From an uncultured Candidatus Saccharibacteria bacterium (GTDB lineage: Bacteria; Patescibacteriota; Minisyncoccia; Phycocordibacterales; UBA12445), in assembly GCA_964531375.1 (NCBI GenBank), contig CAZHDO010000003.1:17983-81982 (forward strand): a DNA stretch of 64,000 bases, in the 5' to 3' direction. Shown here in pieces: positions 20,321 to 28,660 of this stretch; position 1 is the stretch's first letter, and each line of letters begins with the position of its first letter. The position numbers were made by a program, and so were the translations under genes. The notes below the pieces were generated by a model. The model was not told the DNA's origin. It made no database searches and was given only the letters and a program-made list of their open reading frames with translations.

Positions 20321-20851
20321 ATGAAGAACCTTTATTTCGTTGCAGTTCTGATCCTCGCTGTGACTTTTCTTGTTGGTTGCGGTGGCGGAGGTGGTGATAC
20401 ATATTACAACGTTGTCGGCCCGGAGTTGGACCCAAATCCAACCCCTACGCCGACTCCAACACCGACGCCCACACCCGCTCCAACTCCTGTGCCGACACCA
20501 ACTCCTACGCCGGCTCCGATTCCCGAGCTACACTATCGGGTAAATCGGATACTAACCGATGGAGTAACAACAGCAGAAGCAGTCAGTACCAGTGTTTCGC
20601 AGTTCAAAGATGCTGGTATGATTGTTGTAGTGGCTGGGGAACCTGACATGAACTCCGCTGTTTCGGCCCTCTCTGGTCTCTCTGGCACGTTTGTCTTTGT
20701 AGACAACCAAGCCGGACCGTTCTACCCCGTATTGTTGATTGATGACGCGGGGGCAGTAACCAAGTCCTCTGCCAGAGAGCCATGGTCCGCTGGGACGTAT
20801 CTTGTACTCAAAGACGTTCCCGGCGGAGGTAAGGGCTCCCGCCGTTGGTAA
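20321..20851 (+). CDS. Secreted lipoprotein with a Pro-Thr-rich linker (176 aa); GC-rich, about 53% GC
   Basis: It has a signal peptide with an LVGC lipobox, a (PT)n/PTPAP low-complexity linker and a C-terminal globular domain of unknown family. The AAGGAG Shine-Dalgarno is 8 nt upstream. Confidence 0.7.
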   Translation: MKNLYFVAVLILAVTFLVGCGGGGGDTYYNVVGPELDPNPTPTPTPTPTPTPAPTPVPTPTPTPAPIPELHYRVNRILTDGVTTAEAVSTSVSQFKDAGMIVVVAGEPDMNSAVSALSGLSGTFVFVDNQAGPFYPVLLIDDAGAVTKSSAREPWSAGTYLVLKDVPGGGKGSRRW

Positions 20852-20871
20852 ATTTGCTTTTACCGCAACCC

Positions 20872-20905
20872 GCCGTCTAACTTGTTTAGGCGGCTTTTCT
20901 TTTCC
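20872..20905 (+). terminator. Rho-independent terminator
   Basis: A 9-bp stem, GCCGTCTAA/TTAGGCGGC, is followed by ttttcttttcc, 21 nt after the lipoprotein stop. Confidence 0.55.
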
Positions 20906-20989
20906 CTAAAAAACATTGACACAAATATTTTTTTACCCTAGTATCACAAACACTGAATCGTTCTTTTAAAAAAACCACGGGGGGTGAAT

Positions 20990-21151
20990 ATGAAAGTTAT
21001 TGCAACAAAAATCTTACTTCTGTCGTTTTTACTTTTAACAATCTCAACAATTGGGTGCCTACAAGAAAAAGGTGGTGAGGTTTTATATACCACCACTGGA
21101 CCGAGCGCAATCGCATCTCAACCCGCTCGTTTGCCTTTTTTTATCCGCTAA
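20990..21151 (+). CDS. Small lipoprotein (53 aa); below the ORF-track cutoff
   Basis: ATG at 20990. The sequence MKVIATKILLLSFLLLTISTIGC has a lipobox, and a terminator follows directly. Confidence 0.45.
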   Translation: MKVIATKILLLSFLLLTISTIGCLQEKGGEVLYTTTGPSAIASQPARLPFFIR

Positions 21152-21173
21152 GACAAACCAATGTCTCTAGTGG

Positions 21174-21203
21174 AACCGCCTTTAGTAGGCGGTTTTCTTT
21201 TTT
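21174..21203 (+). terminator. Rho-independent terminator
   Basis: A stem AACCGCC/GGCGGTT with a tttagta loop is followed by a T-run. Confidence 0.55.
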
Positions 21204-21208
21204 AAAAT

Positions 21209-22285
21209 TTAGATTTTAAACTCAATTACATCCCCATCTTTTACAATATATTCTTTACCTTCAGTCCTAAGTAATCCTTTTTCCCTAGCAACTCCAAACG
21301 AGCCTGAATCTAATAAATCTTGCCAATTTATTACATCAGCGCGAATAAATTTTTCTCTAAAATCTGTATGTATCGCTGTCCCAGCTTCTGGGGCAGGAGA
21401 ATTTCTTTTTGTAGTCCACGCACGAGTTTCATCTTCCCCTGTCGTAAGAAAAGTTATTAAATCTAAAATCTCATAACCCTTTTTTATAAGATCATTTATT
21501 CCGTCGTCTTTTACTTCAAGAGCCTTTCTGTATTCATTCTTTTCATCTCCTTCGAAAGCTGAAAGTTCCTGTTCGATAGCCGCATCTACAACAACATGAC
21601 TTGCCCCAGAACTTTCGAAGAACTTAATTAGATCGCTTGTATCCACTAGCTTGCTCCCGCTCTTGCTATTTAAAACATAAAGAATCGGCTTCATAGTTAA
21701 TAAATGAAGTGACTTTACGATTTTCTTTTCCTCGTCTGTAAAAATTAAAGTACTTGCTAATTGTCCTGCTTCAAGAACTTTTTGAAGTCTTTGTAAAATT
21801 TCATTCTCAATAATTGCAACTTTATCTCCCCTTCTTAGATCTTTACCAACATTAACAATCCTTTTGGAAACAGTTTCCATATCCGCAAGAATAAGTTCAA
21901 GATTTATCACCTCAATATCACTCATTGGATTTGGTTTACCAGAAACGTGAATTATATTTTCATCTTCAAAAATTCTCACAACCTCAGCAATAGCATCCAC
22001 TTCACGAATATTTGAAAGGAATTTATTTCCAAGCCCCTCGCCACTCGCTGCGCCTTTTACAAGTCCTGCGATATCTACGAATTCTATTGCTGTCGGAACT
22101 GTTTTTTTTGAATTTGAGAATTTCGTCAATTTATCCAACCTCTCATCTGGTACAGCCACCACACCAACAGATGGATCTATTGTGCAAAATGGATAATTTT
22201 CCGCAGGCACACACTTTTTTGTAAGAGCATTGAAAAGCGTTGATTTTCCAACATTTGGTAACCCGACAATTCCTATACTGAGCAC
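21209..22285 (-). CDS. ychF: Ribosome-binding ATPase YchF (Obg-family GTPase)
   Basis: It has a GTG start, a G1 motif IGIVGLPNVGKSTLFNALT, and a C-terminal TGS domain (GDVIEFKI). Confidence 0.9.
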   Translation of the reverse strand: MLSIGIVGLPNVGKSTLFNALTKKCVPAENYPFCTIDPSVGVVAVPDERLDKLTKFSNSKKTVPTAIEFVDIAGLVKGAASGEGLGNKFLSNIREVDAIAEVVRIFEDENIIHVSGKPNPMSDIEVINLELILADMETVSKRIVNVGKDLRRGDKVAIIENEILQRLQKVLEAGQLASTLIFTDEEKKIVKSLHLLTMKPILYVLNSKSGSKLVDTSDLIKFFESSGASHVVVDAAIEQELSAFEGDEKNEYRKALEVKDDGINDLIKKGYEILDLITFLTTGEDETRAWTTKRNSPAPEAGTAIHTDFREKFIRADVINWQDLLDSGSFGVAREKGLLRTEGKEYIVKDGDVIEFKI

Positions 22286-23916
22286 GCAAGTTGATGTTAT
22301 TTAATAAAAAAGGAGACAGATTGAGGGCACCGACTGAAGGAGGTATCCATCCATAAGATTCCGGAACGGGAATGAAACCAGATACCTGAATTATTTCCTT
22401 GTTGCCTACTACTCTATCTACAACGCTTTTAACTATGCCTTGTTTTCTCTCGAAATTCAAGCCATCGCCAAATCTCATCTTTGTGTCCAGAGCCAATGCT
22501 TCTATTTGTTTGATATCAGGAAATATTACATCATCAGGCATTTGTGATTCTTGTTTCGACTTCAGTATTTGATTATTAATCGACGACATTCTTTCTCTTA
22601 CCGGATCAACATACTTTTTATATTTATCTATATCCAACAAACCAGCCCCGAATAATTTAGTATATCGATCTTCTTCTTTTCCTAATTTATTTATCTCTTT
22701 CTTTAACGCTTCAACATTTACTGAGATAGTTTTAATCATTGATGGTCTCTCGTTTTTCCATCGCTCAAGATGCCACTTCATCAACTCCGGAGAAGTTAAG
22801 ATATTTTCAAGTTCTCTCCATACTTTTTTATCCGCCACCATCGCATTAATACTTCCCTCTTCACAAGTTGAAGGCAGAGGATATTTATAAATCCTATCGT
22901 TACATCGATAATAAAGATTTGTACCTTTCTTAGGACCGGCGCCGGATCTAGTACAACCGCAAGGACAATGTACTTTTTTTGAGAGAAGATATTCATATTT
23001 AGTACATCTATTAGAATTAATTTTATTAATCTGTAATTTTGCCTGAACACGATCAAACAATTCTTTATCAATAACTTTTATCGTTGGAATTTGAATCCAC
23101 TTATCTTCCGGATGAAACTTTCTGCTAGTCTTCTTTATCTTCTTATACTTTTCCTTCTTGATAGGATTAACCGGTTCAACCGCATAAGAAGCACCGAAAT
23201 GACTTTCTCCAATATATGACTTGTTTCTTAATAATGTAATGAGGGTACTTGTATTCCAAACGCCACGCTTACTTTTGCGAGGAGGGATTCCCAATTCTTG
23301 AAGCTTCTTCACAAGCCCTCTTATGGTACATCCCTCATCAGCCAACGCAAAAATCTTTCGTAAAGTATCTATCTCGTTTGGATTAATTTCATAAAAACCC
23401 TCTTTTTCTTTCGTCCTTAAAACAAAGGTCAAACCGTAAGGAGCTTCAGAAGTAATTATATGTCCCTCTCTGGCTTTTCTTAATTTTCCAATTCTACAAC
23501 GCTCAGCTATCTTTTTTCTTTCATATTCCGCAAAGACACCCCTAACCCCCATCATCAACCTGTCCTCATTGTTTTTTGACGGAGGCATAGTGACAAAGAG
23601 AGGCTCAATACCTAACATTCTCAATTCATCCATTACCAATTCTTGATAATAGTAACGCCTCGCCAGCCTATCATAAAACGGCGTCCCACATCTTCTTCTG
23701 AGCATCTAAACGAAGCTGATCAAGCTGTGGTCTTTCTAGAGTATCTCCGCTCCAACCCTCATCTTCATATACCTGAACAACCTCATATCCTTTGTCTTTG
23801 ATAAAATCATTCATCGCATCAATCTGGGTCTTTATAGTCTGCTCTTCTTCCTGACGGGCAGTAGAAACTCTGGCGTAAGTGGCAATTATTTTAATTTCTT
23901 TTCCTATGTTTTCCAT
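22143..23916 (-). pseudogene. Large serine recombinase (integrase) split by a frameshift: an 81-aa N-terminal ORF (23671-23916) and a 520-aa ORF (22143-23705) in different frames
   Basis: The N-terminal ORF carries the catalytic motif TYARVSTARQ. The 520-aa ORF continues with the resolvase core YDRLARR, a recombinase domain and a zinc ribbon (CPCGC...YYRCN). The frames switch at a T4 run near 23685-23700. The 3' tail of the ORF overlaps the ychF start by 143 nt. Confidence 0.7.
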
Positions 23917-23946
23917 TTTTATTTTATTTATTTAATTAATAATACC

Positions 23947-24258
23947 TCAACTTTTAGAATCTATTAAATTCTGTCCACCACTGGAGACTGAAACTCTGCT
24001 TCTTTTTAAAACTTCTTCAAAAAAATAGTCATAGATCCTGTTTATCTCCAACTGTATATTTTTATCTATTTCTGAAGTAGTTTTCTGATAGATCACTAAT
24101 GGCTCTCCACGATATTTAGTTTTCTTTGACGATAACTTAATTTCCCCAACAACAATGCCACTTGGAATCCAATCGAAATTAACCTTACTGGAAAACAAAA
24201 TCGGACAGCAATAATCTACCACCAAACTTCCAAAGTCTTCTTCATAATCTTTATACAT
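23947..24258 (-). CDS. Hypothetical protein (103 aa)
   Basis: ORF only. Confidence 0.3.
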   Translation of the reverse strand: MYKDYEEDFGSLVVDYCCPILFSSKVNFDWIPSGIVVGEIKLSSKKTKYRGEPLVIYQKTTSEIDKNIQLEINRIYDYFFEEVLKRSRVSVSSGGQNLIDSKS

Positions 24259-24293
24259 ACTATTAATATTAGTTTATAATTTATTCATTAACC

Positions 24294-24959
24294 TTACTTA
24301 TTTTCAGGAATATTATTTATTCCCTGATAAGCATTCTTGAATTCAACCAATTCACACATGCTGTTTATTCGAGAGAATATTCGGCTACCAACAGCTTCCG
24401 TTAAAGATGTCGGATTATGATTGGTGGTGAAGGAAGTGGATCTCAATTGCTGATATCTTTCATTAATGATCTCGTGATATTCTGAAATAATTGCCTCGGT
24501 GAATTTTTCCGTTCCGATATCATCGATAATTACAAACCCCGGATATACCTTTATATCTTCCAAGAAATCAACGGCTTCTCTCTTCTGAAGCTTTTCCAAT
24601 TCTGAATCGAATTCGGAATCAAATTTAAAAGATAATTTAATCGCATTGATGATCTTCTTAGATGCTATTACCGCCACCTTAGGAACTCCTTTCATAGAAT
24701 CTACATATTTTTGTATCCCGTAAACTGTATGGGTTTTCCCTGCCCTTGATACTCCGAAGAGACAGATACCGTTTTTCTCTAGTCTTCTCCCATTAGAATA
24801 TGAATCTAAAAGCTTATTTATAAAGCTAAAAATAAACTTTCCCTCCGGAGTTATTTTTTCCAATGTTGCCTCTCGGAACATATTCGGAATATTAATAACC
24901 TTCATCATCCCCCAAAATGTTTGTGAAATATCTTTCATTTTAATTAATTTTATTACCAT
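24294..24959 (-). CDS. DnaC/IstB-like AAA+ ATPase (helicase-loader type)
   Basis: It has a Walker A motif GVSRAGKTH and a Walker B motif FVIIDDIG, and lies adjacent to the initiator-like gene with a 20-nt overlap. Confidence 0.65.
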   Translation of the reverse strand: MVIKLIKMKDISQTFWGMMKVINIPNMFREATLEKITPEGKFIFSFINKLLDSYSNGRRLEKNGICLFGVSRAGKTHTVYGIQKYVDSMKGVPKVAVIASKKIINAIKLSFKFDSEFDSELEKLQKREAVDFLEDIKVYPGFVIIDDIGTEKFTEAIISEYHEIINERYQQLRSTSFTTNHNPTSLTEAVGSRIFSRINSMCELVEFKNAYQGINNIPENK

Positions 24960-25836
24960 TAATATCTAACTCTACTTTCTCCCACTTAATCGGTTCCTTT
25001 TGAATAAAGACCCCAGGAGTCCTACCAGTATTCACACCGGTAGGAGTCAGGGAGGCTTCTAATAAAAGAAACTTCTCTATTTGCTGATCACTTCGAAAGA
25101 ACCAGTCGGCGCCAAGACGGGCATTATTGGCCATTCTCCAAACATCCGTTTTGAATTTATCAATGGCCAAAATTATTTCTTCCTTGGAAAATTTCTTTAA
25201 CCTCGCTTTAATACGAGCCTTCGGACAAATCCTAGAACCAGGTTGAATCTTTGATTTAAAATGGCCGTAGATCTCTTCAATTGTCTCTATAGAATTTTTA
25301 GCTTTATATTTACTATTACTTAAAGCATTTAAACTATTAGTACTTAAAGCATTTGTGGCATCCAAATCCACCGGTACATTTTGATCCCCCTGGACCACCG
25401 GGACCTTTTTGTCCTCCTGGTCAATAACTGACTTAATTGTGGTCCTCTTTAATATATAGTTGACCTTCACATACCAGTTTTTAATCTTGCCATTCTCATC
25501 CTTTCTCGCGAACCTTTTTACCAAACCCAATTCTTCCAACCTCTTATGAGCTTTTTCAAATGCTTTCTTTCCTATTTTCATTCCCTTCATTACGAATGAT
25601 TTTACAGCCCAAACCTGATTAGTCTTTTGCCACCTTGCCGTATAATAATAGAAACAATATAAGCCATAAATCTTTGCGAAGTTTTTTTCTTTCAAGAACA
25701 AGTCCATGGTGGCCTTAGGAATGATCACCGAATTATGAAGAATATCAATTTCCTTTTCTTTAGATTCTATAAGCTGATCATTGATCATTCCCTCCAGGAC
25801 AATGGGTTCACTATCTTTTACCACCAATTCTTCCAT
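24940..25836 (-). CDS. Phage/plasmid replication initiator-like protein (wHTH plus a conserved phage C-terminal domain)
   Basis: It has a central winged-helix-like region (LEELGLVKRFARKDENGK) and a C-terminal region (ARLGADWFFRSDQQIEKF) reminiscent of a conserved phage replisome-organiser C-terminus. Confidence 0.45.
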   Translation of the reverse strand: MEELVVKDSEPIVLEGMINDQLIESKEKEIDILHNSVIIPKATMDLFLKEKNFAKIYGLYCFYYYTARWQKTNQVWAVKSFVMKGMKIGKKAFEKAHKRLEELGLVKRFARKDENGKIKNWYVKVNYILKRTTIKSVIDQEDKKVPVVQGDQNVPVDLDATNALSTNSLNALSNSKYKAKNSIETIEEIYGHFKSKIQPGSRICPKARIKARLKKFSKEEIILAIDKFKTDVWRMANNARLGADWFFRSDQQIEKFLLLEASLTPTGVNTGRTPGVFIQKEPIKWEKVELDINGNKIN

Positions 25837-25841
25837 ATTTT

Positions 25842-26102
25842 TTATTTGCTAAGATTGCCCCATTCTTTTTCATCACGAAGAATATTTTCCCATCTCTTAA
25901 TAAATTGTTCTTTGGTCACCCTATTCTTCCAATCTAATTTTGCTTTCTTTAGCTCTTTTAAAGCATTCTCAGCATTGATTGATGATATCTTTCCATCATT
26001 TTCTCCTTCTGAATTAAAACGATTTTCTAAGCTTAATATCTTCACCCAAGCTCTATCTACGAAATTACTATCTACTCCTACTTTATTGTTTATCTTTGAC
26101 AT
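25842..26102 (-). CDS. Hypothetical protein (86 aa)
   Basis: ORF only; it is charged and helical. Confidence 0.3.
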   Translation of the reverse strand: MSKINNKVGVDSNFVDRAWVKILSLENRFNSEGENDGKISSINAENALKELKKAKLDWKNRVTKEQFIKRWENILRDEKEWGNLSK

Positions 26103-26120
26103 ATTATTTTTTTATTATTA

Positions 26121-26612
26121 TTAATTGATTATAACTGCGCTACCCCCGGCTTTAATTTCTTCTTCACTATTTCTTTTATATTCTCTTCTCCAATATGTTT
26201 TAAGTACCATATCGAAAATCGATCTACTATTATGAACAAATAATTTTTCAATAGTGTCCAGTGCATCATCAACATCCGTGAAATTAATTACAGCCCCCAA
26301 TTCCTTCAATTTATCCAGAAGATTTAAAAAAGAATCTCTATCCTTTGTAAATCTTTTTGCGGAGCCGGCAATTATATAATATTTCTTTTCGCTATCTTTC
26401 AAATAAGAAAGGAGATCTTTTACACCCGGATTTTCCAGACAATTAAACGCTGAGCCACTTTCTATAAACACCTTTTCGACCTCACAACCTAACTCTTCCG
26501 CATACTCTCTAGCCCATTTCTCTTGAGCCTTTAAATATTCTGCATTTCTTAATGGATCTTTTATCCCGGCTCTACAATAAATTACAGCACTTCTTTTGAT
26601 CTCGTTTTCCAT
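26121..26612 (-). CDS. Resolvase N-terminal-domain-like protein lacking the catalytic serine
   Basis: AVIYCRAGIKD aligns to the YxRVSTxxQ core of serine recombinases but reads R-A-G instead of R-V-S-T. The remainder follows the resolvase alpha/beta pattern. There is no DNA-binding C-terminal domain. Confidence 0.35.
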   Translation of the reverse strand: MENEIKRSAVIYCRAGIKDPLRNAEYLKAQEKWAREYAEELGCEVEKVFIESGSAFNCLENPGVKDLLSYLKDSEKKYYIIAGSAKRFTKDRDSFLNLLDKLKELGAVINFTDVDDALDTIEKLFVHNSRSIFDMVLKTYWRREYKRNSEEEIKAGGSAVIIN

Positions 26613-26634
26613 ATTATTTTAATTACTAACTTAT

Positions 26635-27177
26635 TTATAAATTCCTTAATTCCGGATCGATATACGGAATTCCTAACATCTCAAAGAGGTCCTCTTCTTC
26701 TCTTACTTCATATTCATTAAGGACACCTTCTTCATCTTCTCTGGTCAAATATCCATCAACGCTTTTATACCCTCTCCTACACCAACCATTAGCCAATACT
26801 TTATGGCTATAATTGGAGGACCCAGTTCTGAGGGCAAAAGTTAATCCCCATCTATCTTCTTCGGTGAAAAATAAATCCAGAGCTATTCCTTCAGGCAACA
26901 TCCTTTGGGAATATCTACAGGGAAGCTCTCCTCTCACCTTTTCCCACCTATTAATAACCGAGGCTATTCCACTTTCGAATAATCCTATTTCATACGGTTT
27001 TGGAATCGCTACTATTTCTATATCACCGACCAAAGGCTTTTTTCTTCTTATACTTCCCGCAATTTCTGCTCTAATACAATGAGGACGGAGTAAATCCAAC
27101 ACCCTCAAAGCTATCTCATGAGCTTCCTCATAAGGGAACCTTTTTTCTACTTCATTCTTTTCTTCTTCTTTATTCAT
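26635..27177 (-). CDS. Minimal Pol X-family (Pol beta-like) nucleotidyltransferase, 180 aa
   Basis: The palm signature IAGSIRRKKPLVGDIEIVAIP matches the GS-x(9-13)-D-x-D/E pattern. The C-terminal MLGIPYIDPELRN resembles the conserved LGLPYIEPELRE of Pol X. The size is comparable to the smallest viral Pol X enzymes. Confidence 0.55.
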   Translation of the reverse strand: MNKEEEKNEVEKRFPYEEAHEIALRVLDLLRPHCIRAEIAGSIRRKKPLVGDIEIVAIPKPYEIGLFESGIASVINRWEKVRGELPCRYSQRMLPEGIALDLFFTEEDRWGLTFALRTGSSNYSHKVLANGWCRRGYKSVDGYLTREDEEGVLNEYEVREEEDLFEMLGIPYIDPELRNL

Positions 27178-27369
27178 CTTAAATATTTTTAACTATTAAT
27201 CTTCCTTCTTCTTTAATAATTCTTAAAAAATCTTTTCCAACATCTATTAATGATGCCAACCGAGAAAAATCATTTCTAAAACAAAAAAGTACCTTATTCA
27301 GGTACATATAATTATTACATTGGTCTTTTTTAGAACTTGAAATTCTAAACAATTCTGGACAATTCCAGG

Positions 27370-28221
27370 CTATTTTGGGCTATTTCTTTTATGGGCGGAT
27401 ACTAGTTGCTCTATCAGCATATCGATATCTATTCCATTTTTTCGCAATTCTTCAACAGACACCTCTCTTCTAAAAAGAATATCTCTCTTGTTGCTTCTTT
27501 TTGGAAAAAAAGCTTTCAGTATCTGACCCTTGAATCCGAGACCATTTAACATATTTATAACTCTCTTGCTTTTTATTTCTTTCTTTATTTCCTGAGGAAG
27601 CTTTGCCAACTCAAGTTTCTCACCAGCATTGTCGTATAGATATTCAAAAAAAGTCATATTCTTTCCTGATGAATGCGGATAGCTAAGTAGACAGCCATTG
27701 ATCCAAATACCTCGTTCTTCTGTCGATACTTCAAATACTTTTGGAATATTGTAACCGGATGAATTCTTGCTTAATATTACTTCTGGTTTGTTGTCCGGTT
27801 CTCTAACAATAATGTTTTTATTATTTTCCATTTCCTCTTTGGCGACAAAAACAAGTTCTTTATATTTCACCTCAAAATCCTCTGCTAACTTTCGCAGATC
27901 TTCTTCATTTTTTCTAAATTCCGCAAAACGATTTTCTAGTTTAAGTTCCTCGTTCTTTTGATTAGAAAATTTGTAATGCTCTAAAAGAAAATCTCGTAAC
28001 GCATTAAAAGATTCGTTAAAAACTTTCCATGTGGAATTTATCTTAGAATCTGAGAACTGGGATAATATTTCACTTGACCAACTATCGTATTCTTGGAACA
28101 TCGCTAAATATCTTTCCACGGACTTTCCACTGGATAAAATCCGGATCAAGAATAATTCCACCTTCTGTTCTGGCAGTAGCTTTATAAATTTATTAAATCT
28201 TTCTTTATCTTCTAATATCAT
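27370..28221 (-). CDS. Hypothetical protein (283 aa); the last gene of the 13-gene block
   Basis: ORF only. It lies 12 nt downstream of the preceding gene. Confidence 0.4.
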   Translation of the reverse strand: MILEDKERFNKFIKLLPEQKVELFLIRILSSGKSVERYLAMFQEYDSWSSEILSQFSDSKINSTWKVFNESFNALRDFLLEHYKFSNQKNEELKLENRFAEFRKNEEDLRKLAEDFEVKYKELVFVAKEEMENNKNIIVREPDNKPEVILSKNSSGYNIPKVFEVSTEERGIWINGCLLSYPHSSGKNMTFFEYLYDNAGEKLELAKLPQEIKKEIKSKRVINMLNGLGFKGQILKAFFPKRSNKRDILFRREVSVEELRKNGIDIDMLIEQLVSAHKRNSPK

Positions 28222-28233
28222 GCATTTTTACTT

Positions 28234-28653
28234 TTACATCAACATTATTTCTGCAGTGCTCAATTCATCTTCTGCTTTTCTTTTGGCATCGATTGTATCC
28301 CAATTCAATAAGTGAATAGCTTCTACTAGCTCCGGGCGCATTCTCCAGTGTATAGCAGCCTCCTCAGGAAAATCAGCGAGAAAAGATACATTATAATTAG
28401 GATTCGGTAATTGATAATTCATCTGTTCGGCTATCTTTCCGGCTAATTTGCCGTATGGTAAGTTGGCATTAGAACCTCCAATTTTCCAACCCATTGCAGC
28501 TCCCATTATTTTAGAAGTAATTGTGTTGTCTGGAGAGAAATAATTCAATAGCAACATCCATCTTTCTTTATCTGTTAGAGGATTTTTCTTAAAATATTCA
28601 ACGAAGTCATTTACTGTTGGATAAGTTTTATTTCCTAATTCTTCTGATGTCAT
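28234..28653 (-). CDS. Hypothetical protein (139 aa)
   Basis: ORF only. It lies 7 nt downstream of the DUF2779-like gene. Confidence 0.4.
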   Translation of the reverse strand: MTSEELGNKTYPTVNDFVEYFKKNPLTDKERWMLLLNYFSPDNTITSKIMGAAMGWKIGGSNANLPYGKLAGKIAEQMNYQLPNPNYNVSFLADFPEEAAIHWRMRPELVEAIHLLNWDTIDAKRKAEDELSTAEIMLM

Positions 28654-28660
28654 ATTTTTA

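Larger units (their letters stand above)
22143..27177 (-). mobile_element. Integrase/replication core of an integrated element; its cargo probably extends to about 46.5-47.4 kb
   Basis: It contains a serine recombinase, a DnaC/IstB-like loader, an initiator-like protein, a resolvase-like protein and a PolX-like enzyme, all abutting the conserved ychF gene. I recognised no capsid, terminase or portal genes. Confidence 0.45.
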
